Made by a program: the position numbers and the translations under genes
Shown: piece after piece, positions 40,621 to 53,860 of the stretch
Position numbering within the stretch: the stretch's first letter is position 1
How the letters are laid out: each line of letters starts with the position of its first letter
The notes under the pieces: generated by a model
Databases searched by the model: none
What the model saw: only the letters and a program-made list of their open reading frames with translations
What the model was told of the DNA's origin: nothing
Origin: Hydrolagus affinis
Lineage: Eukaryota
Reading direction: 5' to 3'
Length of the DNA stretch: 64,000 bases
Assembly (NCBI GenBank): GCA_012026655.1
Contig: JAAILG010000930.1
Location: forward strand, 1 to 64,000

Positions 40621-43600
40621 AAGCAGCCTCCAGCCACTTCACGACCAATTCTCAAGAAGCCTAACACATAATGAGGAGTGGGAATTACCAGGTCATCTGA
40701 GATCCGAGCAGGAAACATGAAGTTTTCTCAATTAACAATTGTTGCGAGACCTTGGCAGCACATGATTTGCATTGCAAAGTTTTGAAGTTTATCCTTATCC
40801 AGGAGCCAACATTTCCTCTTAAAGCTCAGGAAAATAACTTAATCAGATTTGGTGTACAAATGCAGAGCCAAAGCAGTGCAAGCAGCTTCATCATTGAGCT
40901 GCAGCAAATAAGTATCGAGAGAAATAGCATATGAGGCATGAGTTTAAGTATTTAGCAAACATCGTCCCATATAATTTTGGTTTGAGCACAAGAATTCCCA
41001 ATGACGTTTTGAAAAAATTGAAATTGCATCATCTGCATCTAAACAGAAGAACAAAAGACAACTCAAAACAAAAACTTTCACCCACCAAAGCTGATCCCTC
41101 GATCATATTTTACAATAACAGCATCTAACTTCTGTTAAACTGTCTCTATTGTTTTTACCTCAACTACCCTACATTAGGAATGGTAAATTGTTAAAAATGG
41201 TAAAAAAAAACTTAATCTTAGCACCCATTTTAAAGCGTTAAACACTGACATGACTGACAACTAAATGGAGCCTTTAAGATTCTTTTCAGCTGAAGGTGCA
41301 AGGACTATAGAATCCATCTTTCTGTATGAACTAAGTTTGATGATGAGTGGATAGTCTCTCTTTGTTTGTTTTCACCTTGGCGGTATGCACTAATAATTGG
41401 GGAAGCGCACTATCGTAAGACGACTCTGCTGGGATCAGTATGTTTTGAACACTATACAGTATATGCAACTTGGTATGTGTCAGCCGTTTGCAGAACGACC
41501 TCCAAATTCTGACCACAGTCTGACCACATGCTTCTCATGAAACATGTCACCTGCTGCCTTACGAACCCGCAAGTCGTTTTTTTTCCCCCTTTCTTAATGT
41601 TGTTATTTTTTGCATCGTTAAAGGGGTTTCAAAACATTCTCACTTCTTTTTTTAGCCCAGACCCATCAGCAGTTAAACTGTCCACAAGCCACTGGGAACA
41701 TTTCTATTCCTTGCATCTAGCACACGCCTCTCAGGGCAGAATTTGAATGCCTTTACATTGTTGCTAAATAGTGTTAGTGCCACAATTTGTTGCACTGATC
41801 CTATTTAGTGGCAAAGAAACACAGGATAAGATTTTAATCCTGCATTAGTGGAAGTGCATGATTTCAATGCGCAAAGTGGGAACACAGGAATTAATGCAAC
41901 ATTTAGAAGTAAAGTTTATTACTGCTTTGGGAATGAAATGGCTGAATTAGAGAGAAAGAGACTGGTGAATTCCATTTAAGTGATATGCTCTAGAAGCATT
42001 GTAAGTAAATTAATTAAAGCAAAGTGGTATTGCAGATATGAGACATCATTTTCTTAAATCATGTAATTTAGAATTTTGCAATAAGGAGTGAGGATAGTGT
42101 ACTGTACTGAAACAAAGTGGGACACCCTGAAGTAATGAAGAGATTGATATTCATGTGTTGCCAGTAGTCATCTGAGCTACTTCTACATTACTGAAATTAA
42201 TTTTAGAGTAGGAGGCGTTAAGACAGGCATCTCATCATCCGTACCAAGGAGACCAATTTCCAGACTGGTGGATGTCTTGAGATTCCTTTGGTTGATGGGA
42301 CAAGAAGAGACAGAGGAAGCAGGGTCATCCGTTCATTAAATCGGAACAGCAAAAGACGACCAAGCGAAGAGGATTTTTTTTAAAAAAGGAAATAAACAGC
42401 ACAAAAATTAAAAGGCGCAGGAGAATGAGAAATCATTGTTAGTATCGTTAAGATTTAAGGAGAGGAAGAGATGCAATTGGTAGGTGAAATCCAGGAAGGA
42501 AGCGAAGTAGGAGGCTGCAACGTAGGTCAAGTTGTAATGTCTTATTACAAATTATTCCATGATCCCAATTTTTTTTTTAATATTCAAAACCTAATTGAAA
42601 GACTGAAGCCACAGAGCAGCACACTATCGGGCTGAAAAGTGCATCAGGGGAACAAGGTAAGTCGGCAACAAACAGCCAAGTTTATAGATTGGAAAAGCCA
42701 GTCCCACAATAAAATGGCTGCACTTTGTTCTTGTTGAACACAGACCACATCAAAACAGCATTAATAAGCAACTTACCTAACCAATGCAGGCATCATCCAT
42801 GTAGTAATAATGCACAGTGATGTTGATATCTGAAATGAGCACATGCAAGGAGGTTGTTTTTAATCACCTTTAGTGCCACTGGTGATGCAAGTTAGAATAC
42901 AAACTGACTAAATCCAAATGTTGCACATAAATCAGTATTAGTAGTTTATTGAATCTAAGCACCTCAAGCATTGTCTGGTAACTAAATCACCAATGATGGA
43001 ATCACAGCAAAGGCCATTGTCTCAATTGCTGCCTGCAAACCAATTCCATCAAAGATTCATTATCACTCTGAACAGTGCGTGTGTTGCCAATATTTACCCA
43101 CTTTACTCCACATTCAAACATGATAGTTGTAATTGCCCAAGGGATTATGTTGCTCTCAGGACAGGAAAGTGCACGTTGAGCACTTAACACCATTGAGAGG
43201 TAATTGGTAACTGAAGCCAAGGGTGAACGAAGGAGTGAATGTGAAAAAGAAATTGAAAGACAAAATCCTGAAATGCAAATATTAGTATACAAAAAGGCAA
43301 AAAAAAAACTGATCTAACTCAAGGTTTTTAATTTCTTCTACCCACAAGCAGTCTGATCTCTCCATCCACGGTCTCCTATGCTGTTCCAATGCACCGCAGC
43401 GCCATAACAGGCCATAACAGCTCACCTTCCCCCTCCTCTCCCCCTCTTCTGTGACCATCTGGTCTACCTGTTCTTTTGAATTTCACCCCCTCATTGTTTA
43501 ACATTACTAACACCTTGTCTTTTCTACCACATTCATTGAAAATAGTCCATTTCCCACCAGATCAATGCTTAACAACATAGAATACAGAAATGTCAAAATA

Positions 43601-43789
43601 AACACACTTGCAATCATTTCATTTATTCCTCGAGACAGCTCAAGTGTTTTCCTTTGATTGTCCTATTTCACCTGTGTACAAATAAACAATGGCTCTTATA
43701 TACTGCATACAGTATAGTAATTTTGTTATCGTATTCCCAAGTTGGTTCCATTCCAGGATACCTCAATGCAATTTATATTTTAAAAAAAC

Positions 43790-44045
43790 ATTAATCGTTG
43801 TAATTGATCTTTCACATCAGGAGGATGTCTCAAAGTGCTTCACTGAATTCTGTAAATTGTAGTGACTGCATATTCTGGAAGTGAGCGCTGCAACTAATTT
43901 GAATGTCCCACAAACAATCATGAAATAAACGCTGTGTGATCCATTTTCTGGGGATAGTAGGGGGAATTGTTGGCCAGGACACTGTGAGAAATTCCCTTCT
44001 CTTTTTACAAAGAATGCAGTGGGATTTTTAACGTCAACCTGAGGA
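43790..44045 (-). mobile_element. Deu-type SINE 3' half
   Basis: tttcacatcaggaggatgtctcaaagtgcttcac...ttgttggccaggacactg...gggatttttaacgtc. Confidence 0.8.
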
Positions 44046-45834
44046 GGCAATTTGAGATCTCACAAGATGCATCTGTGCCCTCTGGTCTCAGGCAAGTAGG
44101 GATGGGGAGGGTAGTCTCCACCAGGCACACTGCAGAACTGAGAGTTCTCGCTAGCTGGAATTGGAGAGACTCTTAAGCATGGCAAAGGTTTCCATCCATG
44201 TCAGAGTCCCAGGTGACCCCAAAAAATAGCTCATCGATAGCTACCCAACCCTGTCATATTATTGCTGTGGTATGTATGGGAGAAAATGTGAAGGTTACAG
44301 TGGAGGATACATTGCATGGTACAGTTTTGTAGGAATGCTTTGGTAATAATTGAGGGCAGATGTTCACGTGGATTTGTTTATACTCGGGTTTGGCTGTAAG
44401 CAATTGTGGACAATGCTATTGTGTAAATATGCAATTATTTATCCCAATAAAGCAGAAGATGTTATATCTGGCATTTTGCCAGTCATGTATGGTCTTCCAT
44501 TCTGTGAAATATTTACTAAGCTATTTGTCAGGATCTCTCTTCATTCCTCATTCAACAGCTGCAGCCCAATTAGCACTCTAATGAAGATATCTAATTAACA
44601 CAATTACCGTTTTGCAGATTACATTCATGAAGGGCAAAATGGAGTAGTGTTTTAAGTACTGTCCAGAAACTAAGAACAAACAATTTTAAAGTAACGGCAA
44701 AGTTCAGATATATTGGGAGTACTATGCCAGCAGTTACCACAACACATACTGTACTATCCATGTGTTATAGTAAGTGCCTCTACTTGTGGCTCAGGTGGGA
44801 ACACCACAAATGCTAAGACACAGCATCTTAATTTTCTTCCATACAATCAGACATTTGTTGGAATTATTCAAGCTCACAAACTCAGCAAGCAACAGTGAGC
44901 TACATTATTCTGTACTTCAATCTGACTGAAATCCAGCACCTTGGGATGGCCTCCCGACATGAAAGGCGCTCTACAAATTTCATTTGTTGTTGTTGTTTTG
45001 TTGTTAGTGAATGGTTAATAACTGTACCAAACGTCACTTTTGGAGATTGCTTTCATGTTTATTTGTCTATTTCTATGTTCCTTTCGCTCCATTATTAATG
45101 GAGACCACTTCATTGTGCATTCGTAATTAAAGTTTCTTATTACAATAAGCATTATCCAGCATTCAACTACAAGAAAATACATCTGACAACCAACCCATTG
45201 CGATTAGTTTGTCCAAATGTTCCTGAATTCTGTTTTATTCTTTCCTGTACTATTCACCTACTCACCGTTGCTCAGTGAGATTTTCTTTATCCAACTCCCA
45301 TTGTAAATGTTAACTGTAGAAATGCGAAATCAGGTTGATGAGGAATAATTTGTACACTGTGAAAATGTGCAATACAGTAGGTATTTGGGGAGTTCTATGC
45401 TTGACCTAAATAATGGAAAGCTTCTTCGAAACTAATCATCACTTTGTAAAGTTTCGGATTTATAAAATGGTCATTCACTTTGTGGCCATTAATGGAACAT
45501 TGCTGCGACAAATTGACTGCCCTGTTCACCTTCAAATACATGATCACTACAGCAATTATTATGAAGCATGTTTAGGAGTTTCAATATAAGGCAAAAAAAA
45601 ATTATTATATTTTTCTTTCAAGTGATCTTGTAAAAAAAAACTTATTTAACTAACACAATAGTTTGCAACTAGTTGGTGATGTTCCACATAAACATTTAAT
45701 TGAATAAACTAAATGTAACTATATCAAATGAAAGTGCATTGTCCAGTACATTGGATTCAAACAGCTTCTGAAGCTTCTGAGACCTGCTAACTATGCTTGA
45801 TAAGTCTATCATGTTGCACATAGGACTCTGAAAC

Positions 45835-46233
45835 AGGTTGACTCAGTCAGCAGCATTCTTGCCTTTGAGACAGAAAATTGTAAGTTCAAGTCCCAATTTC
45901 AGTCTCACACTTTGGGCTCACGCTCCAATGCAGAGTTGGGAGAGTCATCCTTCAGGTGAGATGTTAAACCAAGGTCCATCTGCTTGTTTATGCACATTAA
46001 AGATCCCATGGCACAATTTGAAGAGATAAGGGCTGTCATCCCAATGTGCTGGTCAAAAATCCATCAACTAAAATTAGTAACCACTTAATGGCTGCTTGTG
46101 GGACTTTGCAATGAGGAAATCAGCTGCAACATTTGCCTAATATAGCGTGACTTACTTCATAGTTACATCCTCTAAAATCCTGCTTCGAGACAGTGCGGCA
46201 ACATGATAAGGTGCAATGTGACTGCAAGGATTA
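45835..46233 (+). mobile_element. Deu-type SINE
   Basis: gactcagtc...gttcaagtccc...ccttcaggtgagatgttaaaccaaggtcc...taaagatcccatggcacaatttgaagag...tgcaaggatta. Confidence 0.8.
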
Positions 46234-46350
46234 TCTATACTAATAAAGACGAAATGTCTGCGTGTCTGTCTGTGTGTAAGCCAATAATGCAATAACCGAT
46301 TGACATAGAGACATGATTTATACACCCATCAGAAAGGTCTTGTATGGGGC
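46234..46350 (+). mobile_element. Candidate Helitron-like 5' end
   Basis: A|TCTATACTAATAAAG...tgtctgcgtgtctgtctgtgtg...ccgattgac; no CTRR 3' end identified. Confidence 0.45.
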
Positions 46351-49300
46351 AGTATTATGAGCATATGTTTAATGGGAATCTCCTATTGTTATATAAAGTA
46401 CATAATGTAACATAAAATATAATAATCTGATAAAGTATAATAATATAACCTAAAAAAACACAGATACAAAGTATAAAAATGAAATTTAAAGCGTAATAAT
46501 ACTGAAATCTACATTTCATATTGGATGCTTTGGCTGCCAGGAAAAACATTGTGCAGAATAATTTTATGAGGAATTTTAAAATGGACACTAATCTCAGAGT
46601 TTGTGAGGGCTTGTTTTAAATGGCCCAATATTTCCCTTAATTAAAAAAATTGTAACAAAGTAATGCTAAATATAAAATACTATGGATACACTGGTAAATA
46701 AATCCCCAAAGAGGGAAGAGAACTTGCGGTATAAAAATATAGAATTACAGGTCAGCAGATTGGATTTATTAATTAAGTAAAACAATCAAACAGTTAAATT
46801 TTAATTTATCTACAAAGAATCCCATCAGACTCTATAACACTGCAAGAGTAATGAGGAAGGAGACAAATTGCAAGAAGATTGTTTCAGTTTTCAGAAAAAA
46901 ACCCTGAAAACAATACAAATAAAATTTCTGTTTTACATATTCCCCTTATTTATCGGACTTAAAGAAATTAATGCCAATTTAATCTGACATTGCTCCAGGA
47001 ATTGGAGGGGGGTAAAATAGGCATTTGCTCTTACATCAAAATGTTCACATTCTGGAAATGAAACCTCTTATTATTTTTAAAATCCTGCTTGATCTTATTA
47101 CAACATTCCCAAAGTGAAGGTTAGACAACAACATAACAGTTTTTGTATTGCATTTCACCAAGAATTTGCAACTTCCGGTGATTTATTAACTCTCCATAAA
47201 TGGATGTGTAATTTCCGATTGTAACAGACCTTTTTTTACTGCTTTTGTTTAACTCTACAACAATGTTGTAAATGTATTTTACGCTGCAACATATGTTATT
47301 GCGCAGTCAGTGAAAATCTTGAATCATTTACAATTTGGTGCTTAACATACAGAATACAGCACATCTATCACATCAGAATAAGTGCCACTTACAAGGACAA
47401 ATGTGGTGACAGAGGAGACACTAAAAGTATCTGACATTACAATAGAGCGATTGGACAGCATCAAAGAATTCTGCAGCACAGGGAAGACACTGAGGGGAAT
47501 GGTTTGGTGAAACATTTTGTTGCCTCTATCAAGGTCACCCTAATCTCACTATGCTGGTTAGAGCCAGTGATCAGATAGGTTAATTTTTATATAATGATCT
47601 AGCGAAGGGAACAATATCTTTTACACAATTCTTTCAGACTATACTCTATTCCACAGAGTTTTGATCACAGTATCTTAGTGGATGGGGGTGTTCTCCACCC
47701 TGAGAATACAGCTGTGTGCACTGTGCAGCTGCCAGCATGTGATTTATTAACTCGCTGCAAAAGGGGTCTAGTGGTATCAACAGTAGTAGCCCTATGGGAT
47801 AGTTTGATAATGGAACGATTGACACACTCCTTGAAAATGAGACAGGACCAGTTTGAGAAGATTTGGGCTCTATATTTAGAATACTCTTCACATTTTGAAG
47901 ATATGCTAATAAATTCAACAGGATATTATGGAAATGATCATTCCCTTTGCATTAGGATCATTTGGGCAGAATTTAAACTCTATAAATTCAATGCATTTGT
48001 TCCCTTGGATAAATAAATCAAAACTCTTTTACAATTGAGAAGTCACTGGTCAGTTCTCACCAACTCTGATAAGACACTAATTTGTCAGTTGCAATAAATA
48101 CAAAGGGGTTTGTTAAATCCATCCAATGCGACCGCTGCTGAGAAAGATTGCTGAGCTAACTGTTATTAGTATCAATATTTGATCTGAAGAAATGGAATTG
48201 CCAGAAAGGCAACGCTTTAAACATAAAGTAAATATACAACTGAACACCTTCCAAAGAAATAGACAACTTACTCAAGCTCAAGTTGTTATTATGCAACACT
48301 CCATGTGATGGAAAACAACTTACAGAATTTTTGGCATCTGCTCGCAATCCCGTCTTCAAACACAGAGATAAAAAGCGAAGCAGTAATTTGTCAATAGACA
48401 CACAGAAATGATAGTCCTGGATTGTGCAGAATCAAAGTGCTGCACTGGGAGAGTGAGGAGCACAGCTCCGAGCCATTCCTCTGAGGCTAAAAGTATAACA
48501 TTAACGTATGTAGGCTCTCAATTTACCCTCGTCCTTAATTCGGCAAAAGTGTTGTGTTTAAATATGTGCCATCACTGTATAAAGCACAGAGGCGTTTTAT
48601 ATTTGGTGAAACAAAGGTCAGTATCATTTTGACATGAGTGACATGGAACATTATCTCGGTGGCATGAGCCATATAATGTAGGCTGTAAGGAAACAGTCGA
48701 CTCAACTACGATAACCATTTTGTCAATTGCAAAGTGTTTTTCTGCGCTCTGAAAACTCATAGGTAACCAGTGTGTGTATATAAACAGCAGCACATTTCAG
48801 GATTCAGATGATTTTGATAAAACTATTGAACTTCACAGCCACAATTTATGATGGCAATCCAAACTTTTGACGAGCCTTATGATGCATCCACAATGTCACA
48901 GGTAGATACTGTTTATTTCATTACCTAATCAATGAAGAATAATTTACAAGATAAACAAGATACTGTATCAGGATGTGATTTGTGGCAAAAAATGAGGGAT
49001 GGATGACAGTTTCTTCCATTATTTCAAACAAGCGGAAATTGTGTCGTATTCCAATGATTGTGCACAAGTATTGTTTTTCCCCAAACCTTATTATGTTTAA
49101 AAAGCTAAAAAGGGTACCCACCCTTCATTCATAGCATGCTCTTAAGATTATATTATGCTTCTGTTTTTGATAATGTTTCCCATCTTGACAGTATTGTGCC
49201 ATCCCATCTGTGTTTCTTGGCCAATAATGTTGCATGCAAGCGCTGGACAGCACAAAGCGAAACAGTAAATCAACATTCTCCTTTCTACTTTGAGAGCTGT

Positions 49301-49874
49301 TATTAATGTATTGCAATGCAACTTGGATTCAGGCTGTGAATCCAGTTTTAATATGTCCCAGCTGCGACATCTTGTATATATACAAGAACTGGAAAGAATT
49401 CAAACACAATATTATTTAACATCAAGAGTCAATTTAAAGAAAATAATGAAATAACCTAAACTCCATATTTGTAGGGCTCTGTTGCGATTGTGGTACAAAG
49501 AATCAAGCTGTACAAAGTATATTGTTTAAATTATACAACAAAACCATAAAATGTTTGATGGGGGTTGAATGTTATGAGGTTGATATTGCATGGAAATATG
49601 GCTAATATGTCACAAACACAGATCATGTAGAAGTGAGACTTCTAGCTGATTTACCAGGAGAAACTGCTTTAGATTCAGAAATTAAAAGTTTTCTTTATCT
49701 AGCCAATGCATTACAGGCAACAATTAATCATACAATCAGGATTTGAGCATTGTCATTTGAACCACACTGCTCTATCAATGTAGTTTTATGAAGAGTAAAA
49801 GTGTACATTATGTAATTCTGTTCTTTCTTTAAAAAAAGAAAATCAAGCAGCACTCAAAGCATTTTTCCCCTAGT

Positions 49875-50235
49875 CCCACTTCCATGACTGTTTGTGGGAC
49901 ACTGCTGTGCGGAATTTGGCTGCCGCGTTTCGCCCACAAGTATACGGTCGGCTTTCCTGCTCTCCTTCCCCCTACCCCGACACCTCCCCTTGCCATCTTT
50001 ACCCCCTTTTTACCTTAATCCCATTCAATGACTGTTTGTGGGACATTGCTGTGCGCAATTTGGTTGCTGCGTTTCCCCCACAAATATAGTCAGTTTTCCT
50101 ACTCTTCTACATCCTGCCCCGACCCCTCCCCACCTGCTCTTGTTCCTACGTAACTGTACAGCGCCTTGGGATGTCCTCTTGACATGAAAGACGCTATATA
50201 AATATAAGTTTTGATTGATTGATTGATTGATTGAT
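49875..50235 (+). mobile_element. Dimeric SINE-body/L2-tail chimera with (TTGA)n end
   Basis: Two ~144-bp units starting atgactgtttgtgggac, then cagcgccttgggatgtcc...aaagacgctatataaat(ttga)n. Confidence 0.75.
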
Positions 50236-50407
50236 TTTCCATAATTCTGCACGACCTTGAAATCTAAAGTAAAATGATCTTATTGACTAAGACTTGATGG
50301 AATTTCATTCTCAATTATCGTATCAAGCATAGAATTTACTCTCTGCAGGAAAACTGGTAGGAGAGCTCTGGAGGTTTACTCCAGAATAAATGTAGCCAGC
50401 AATAGAT

Positions 50408-50890
50408 CAACAACAACAAATTGCACTTGTATAGCGCCTCTCTCGTCAGAAAAACATCCCAGAGCGTTGGACAATAAGGGGTTTTGGACCCGAGCTGGGA
50501 GTTGGGGGGCTGAAGGCACAGTCAAAGAGATAGGTCTTCAACAACAAAACAATTACATTTGTATAGCACCTTTCACATCAGGAGAATGTCCCAAGGCACT
50601 GGACAGACAGTGTTTCAGATGGGACTTGAAGGGGGCAAGAGAGGGGTGACGCAGAGGGATTGCAGGATAGGTAGGGTGGCAGTAAGAAGGTGGAGGGCTT
50701 TTAAGGTAAGAACAAGGGTTTTGTACTTGATGCTCTGAGGAGTGGGGAGCCAGTGAAGCCAGGCAAGAATGGGGGTGATAGGTTTCCAGAGTCTGGTGTG
50801 GGAGAGGACTTGAGCTGCAGAATTCTGAATAATGTACAGCTTGTGGAGGGAAAAGTTGGGAAGCCCAGTAAGTAAGCAGGCAGCCACGGT
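50408..50890 (-). mobile_element. L2 LINE 3' fragments (two tandem tails plus ORF2 remnant)
   Basis: LTGLPNFSLHKLYIIQNSAAQVL...ITPILAWLHWLP...IKYK.LVLT.KALH motif; (aac)n tails at ~50408 and ~50538. Confidence 0.88.
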
Positions 50891-53629
50891 GTATTGATGT
50901 ACAGTACTATACAACAAAACAGAGATAGACAGACAGAAAAGAGTGAGAAAGGTCCAGTAGACATCAAGTGCACTTTAATCCCTTTACTCCATCAACATAT
51001 GATTCTCCGCGATGGCCATTCATTGATGGTTACTCACTGCAAACTATTCACTTAGACACGATCACCAACACTGTGGACAACTGGATAGTATTGAGGAATC
51101 CATGCTTCCTTTCTTTGTTTAAAAAAATGATATAACATGTTTTGAATATGATTTGGGCTGCTTAGATCTCATTTGGTATTAATGTAACCAGTCTTCTGTG
51201 ACTTTACATTAGAGAGCTATTATTACTATGCATTCACCTTTACATTATGGAAACTGAATGAAAGAGGACTGATTCAGATTGGCTTGTGCTCCTACTTGGC
51301 ATGATCATTAACCCTAATAGTTGAAGTTAATTGAGGTAAAAATTCAGTGCTGCACAAGAAATGTCAATTGTTATAAGTCTGCCACTGTACACCAATCTCC
51401 AGCAGACACAGACTGTACCTTTGGTAAGACAAGCTTTTAGAAAGTATTACTTTACTAACAAAAAATGCTAATAATTAGAATTAACTGCATTTAATAGCCT
51501 CTTGATTCACATGCATGAAAAGATATGTAAATGCTACAGGAGCACTACAGAGCAATGCAGTGAGAAGCGACAGTTACTTCCAGACATAGGAAATAATACT
51601 TGCGGGTCCACAAATGTCACTTAAAGATACATGTGATGTGCACAACTTTTGAGTAAATTCCATGCATGCATTGTTGTCTTCCATTTATTTTATTAGATGG
51701 ACTTTATAGTAACAGCAGCACCTGTGAATTACATGGAATATATTGGTATTCGCTTGTGCTGAAATTACCAGCTTTATCTTTTTCATTATAATGCATTGCC
51801 AGTGTTTTGTTTGACCTTTCTAGTCCCTCAATAAAATCCACACTTTCACAAATATAGATACTAACCCATGTAGGTCAAACACCAGGTATAAATCATCTTG
51901 GCTTCCAGGCGAAGGCAGAAGGCACTTGGCTTGCTCTGCTCTGCAGGCTGGCTCCAGATACCACAGAGAGCGATGTGGTGAGAGCTCATGGCGTGTGTGC
52001 ATGCTTATGGTCTACAGATTTGGCTGAGCTTTCCTTTGGCCTGAGGGCTGATCTCCAGCCTTGTGGCCAGTTGGTTACAGATCTCAGTTTCATAATACCT
52101 ACTTGACAGCTGCGCGACGTCCTTTCAAAGGCCACAGTAGATTTTATACCCCTTCTGTGTTTTGAACAGAGGCTTACGAGCGAGACTATAGGATCTAAAA
52201 TGCGAGTATTCTTAATAGGAGTTGCAAATAACAACTCTCGCTGGTAACTAGAAATGCATCATCCCAACCCGTAGAAATGACATAAACCTGGGTTCATCAA
52301 ATGCAGGCAAAATTCACACTAGGAGTGATCTAGTTACAAATATTAGATTTTAGATGCTGCTTACTTAATATTGCCAAGAAAAAGTAAAAGTAAACTGAAC
52401 AATAGATCTGTGGTAGCAAATGAAAACAGGATGTGATTGTTAAATTCTATTCATTATTTAATCTGGATAATTGCGATTATTAGTCCTTAATTGAAAATGG
52501 AAACACAGTGAGATATTTCATCATTTTATCCACACACTGTTCCAGTTTCCTTCATAGAAAATCTAGATCACGAGAAACAATATTTCAGATACATTTTTTG
52601 TTTTTTTATAATAATGTCTATGAAACTCAAGAGTTAATTCAACAGCAATTGTACTTGATATTCAGCTTGGCTTTTACTGTGTCAAATTTTAAAAGGAAGT
52701 GTAATGGGGCAGTGAGAGCGTATCTTCATGCTTCGGGGCGATACAGGTTCAAATCCCATGGTTGCAAGAATCCTGCAGCCTGCAATGAAAAGTATTTCAC
52801 AATTCCTGTTCAGGCTAGTAATTTGGGGAGGGGAGTGGAGAGAGAATCTGGCATTTATGCATGTCATCCTGCTACAGTCACACTTCCTGCAGTTCAATTG
52901 TGAGTAACATTGTGAGTGAGATGGTGGGGCGGTGGGGGGGGGTGGGAGAGAACAGCCCACACATGGGGACCAATTACAGAAGAAATGTCTGAAATTATGC
53001 ATCTTAACAATGCCCCAAAAATGCTCAAGTAAAAGTAATTTTACTCCAGAAATGCATCACAAAATCTTACATAATGATCTGCCTGCTTCTGGCTTTTTTA
53101 AAAAATCCACTGATCAAGCATGGCATTGACCAAGGCGCCCGAGGCTTGCAACTCATCAAGACGTGACATAAATAGGAGAGCCTCAGTTTAATCTATTTTA
53201 AAAGCCATCTCGTACAATTGATTAATCATTTAAATAAAGAGGATGGAAGCAGCGTACATCGGAATAACATCTGGTTGGGGGAAGAATATCTTTTTAAACT
53301 AAATCACTCGCATTCTTCAGCAAGGGAAAAAAATAATTCCGGCCATCCTGTGCCTAGATATATGACATGCAGCTGCTGTGGAGCTCTGCATCACACTTCC
53401 TGGCTTCACTTCCACAAAACATTCAGATGAACCCTCCTCACAATTACTTTCTCTGTCCATGTACTCATTTTTGTTAAAAAAAAGTTTAAAGCTTAGAACA
53501 CAGGTTTGGAGTGGTTTGCTATAACAACTTTAGTGACACCTATTGAAAGTGGGCTAAAACTCATCCCTGGTTTCCACCAACATTTCCACTGGTTAATGAC
53601 TCAGTACCTGGAGAGCATCAATTTAAGAC

Positions 53630-53860
53630 TGTTAGTAAGTGAACAAATGGGGAGATTAGATTTTTTTCACATGCTGTATAGTTTGGAAATAGAATAGCAG
53701 GAGCAGTGATTTGGGCAGAAGCCATATTGGCCTACAATAGGGAACTGGACAAATACCTTAACAATAGTCAGCTGAAAGACTATGGGAAAGGTCAAATAAA
53801 TGGAACTGAAAGGGTTGCACTTGAGGGAGCTGGCAGATAAAATGGACCAAATGTTACATT
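53630..53860 (+). mobile_element. Degenerate CR1 3' end
   Basis: ttttttcacatgc...tttggaa...agggaactggacaaatacct...gagggagctggcaga..aatggaccaaatg. Confidence 0.55.

Noticed and set aside
47678-48016. 112-aa ORF
   Set aside because: Non-ATG start, no splice context or recognisable motif; expected by chance
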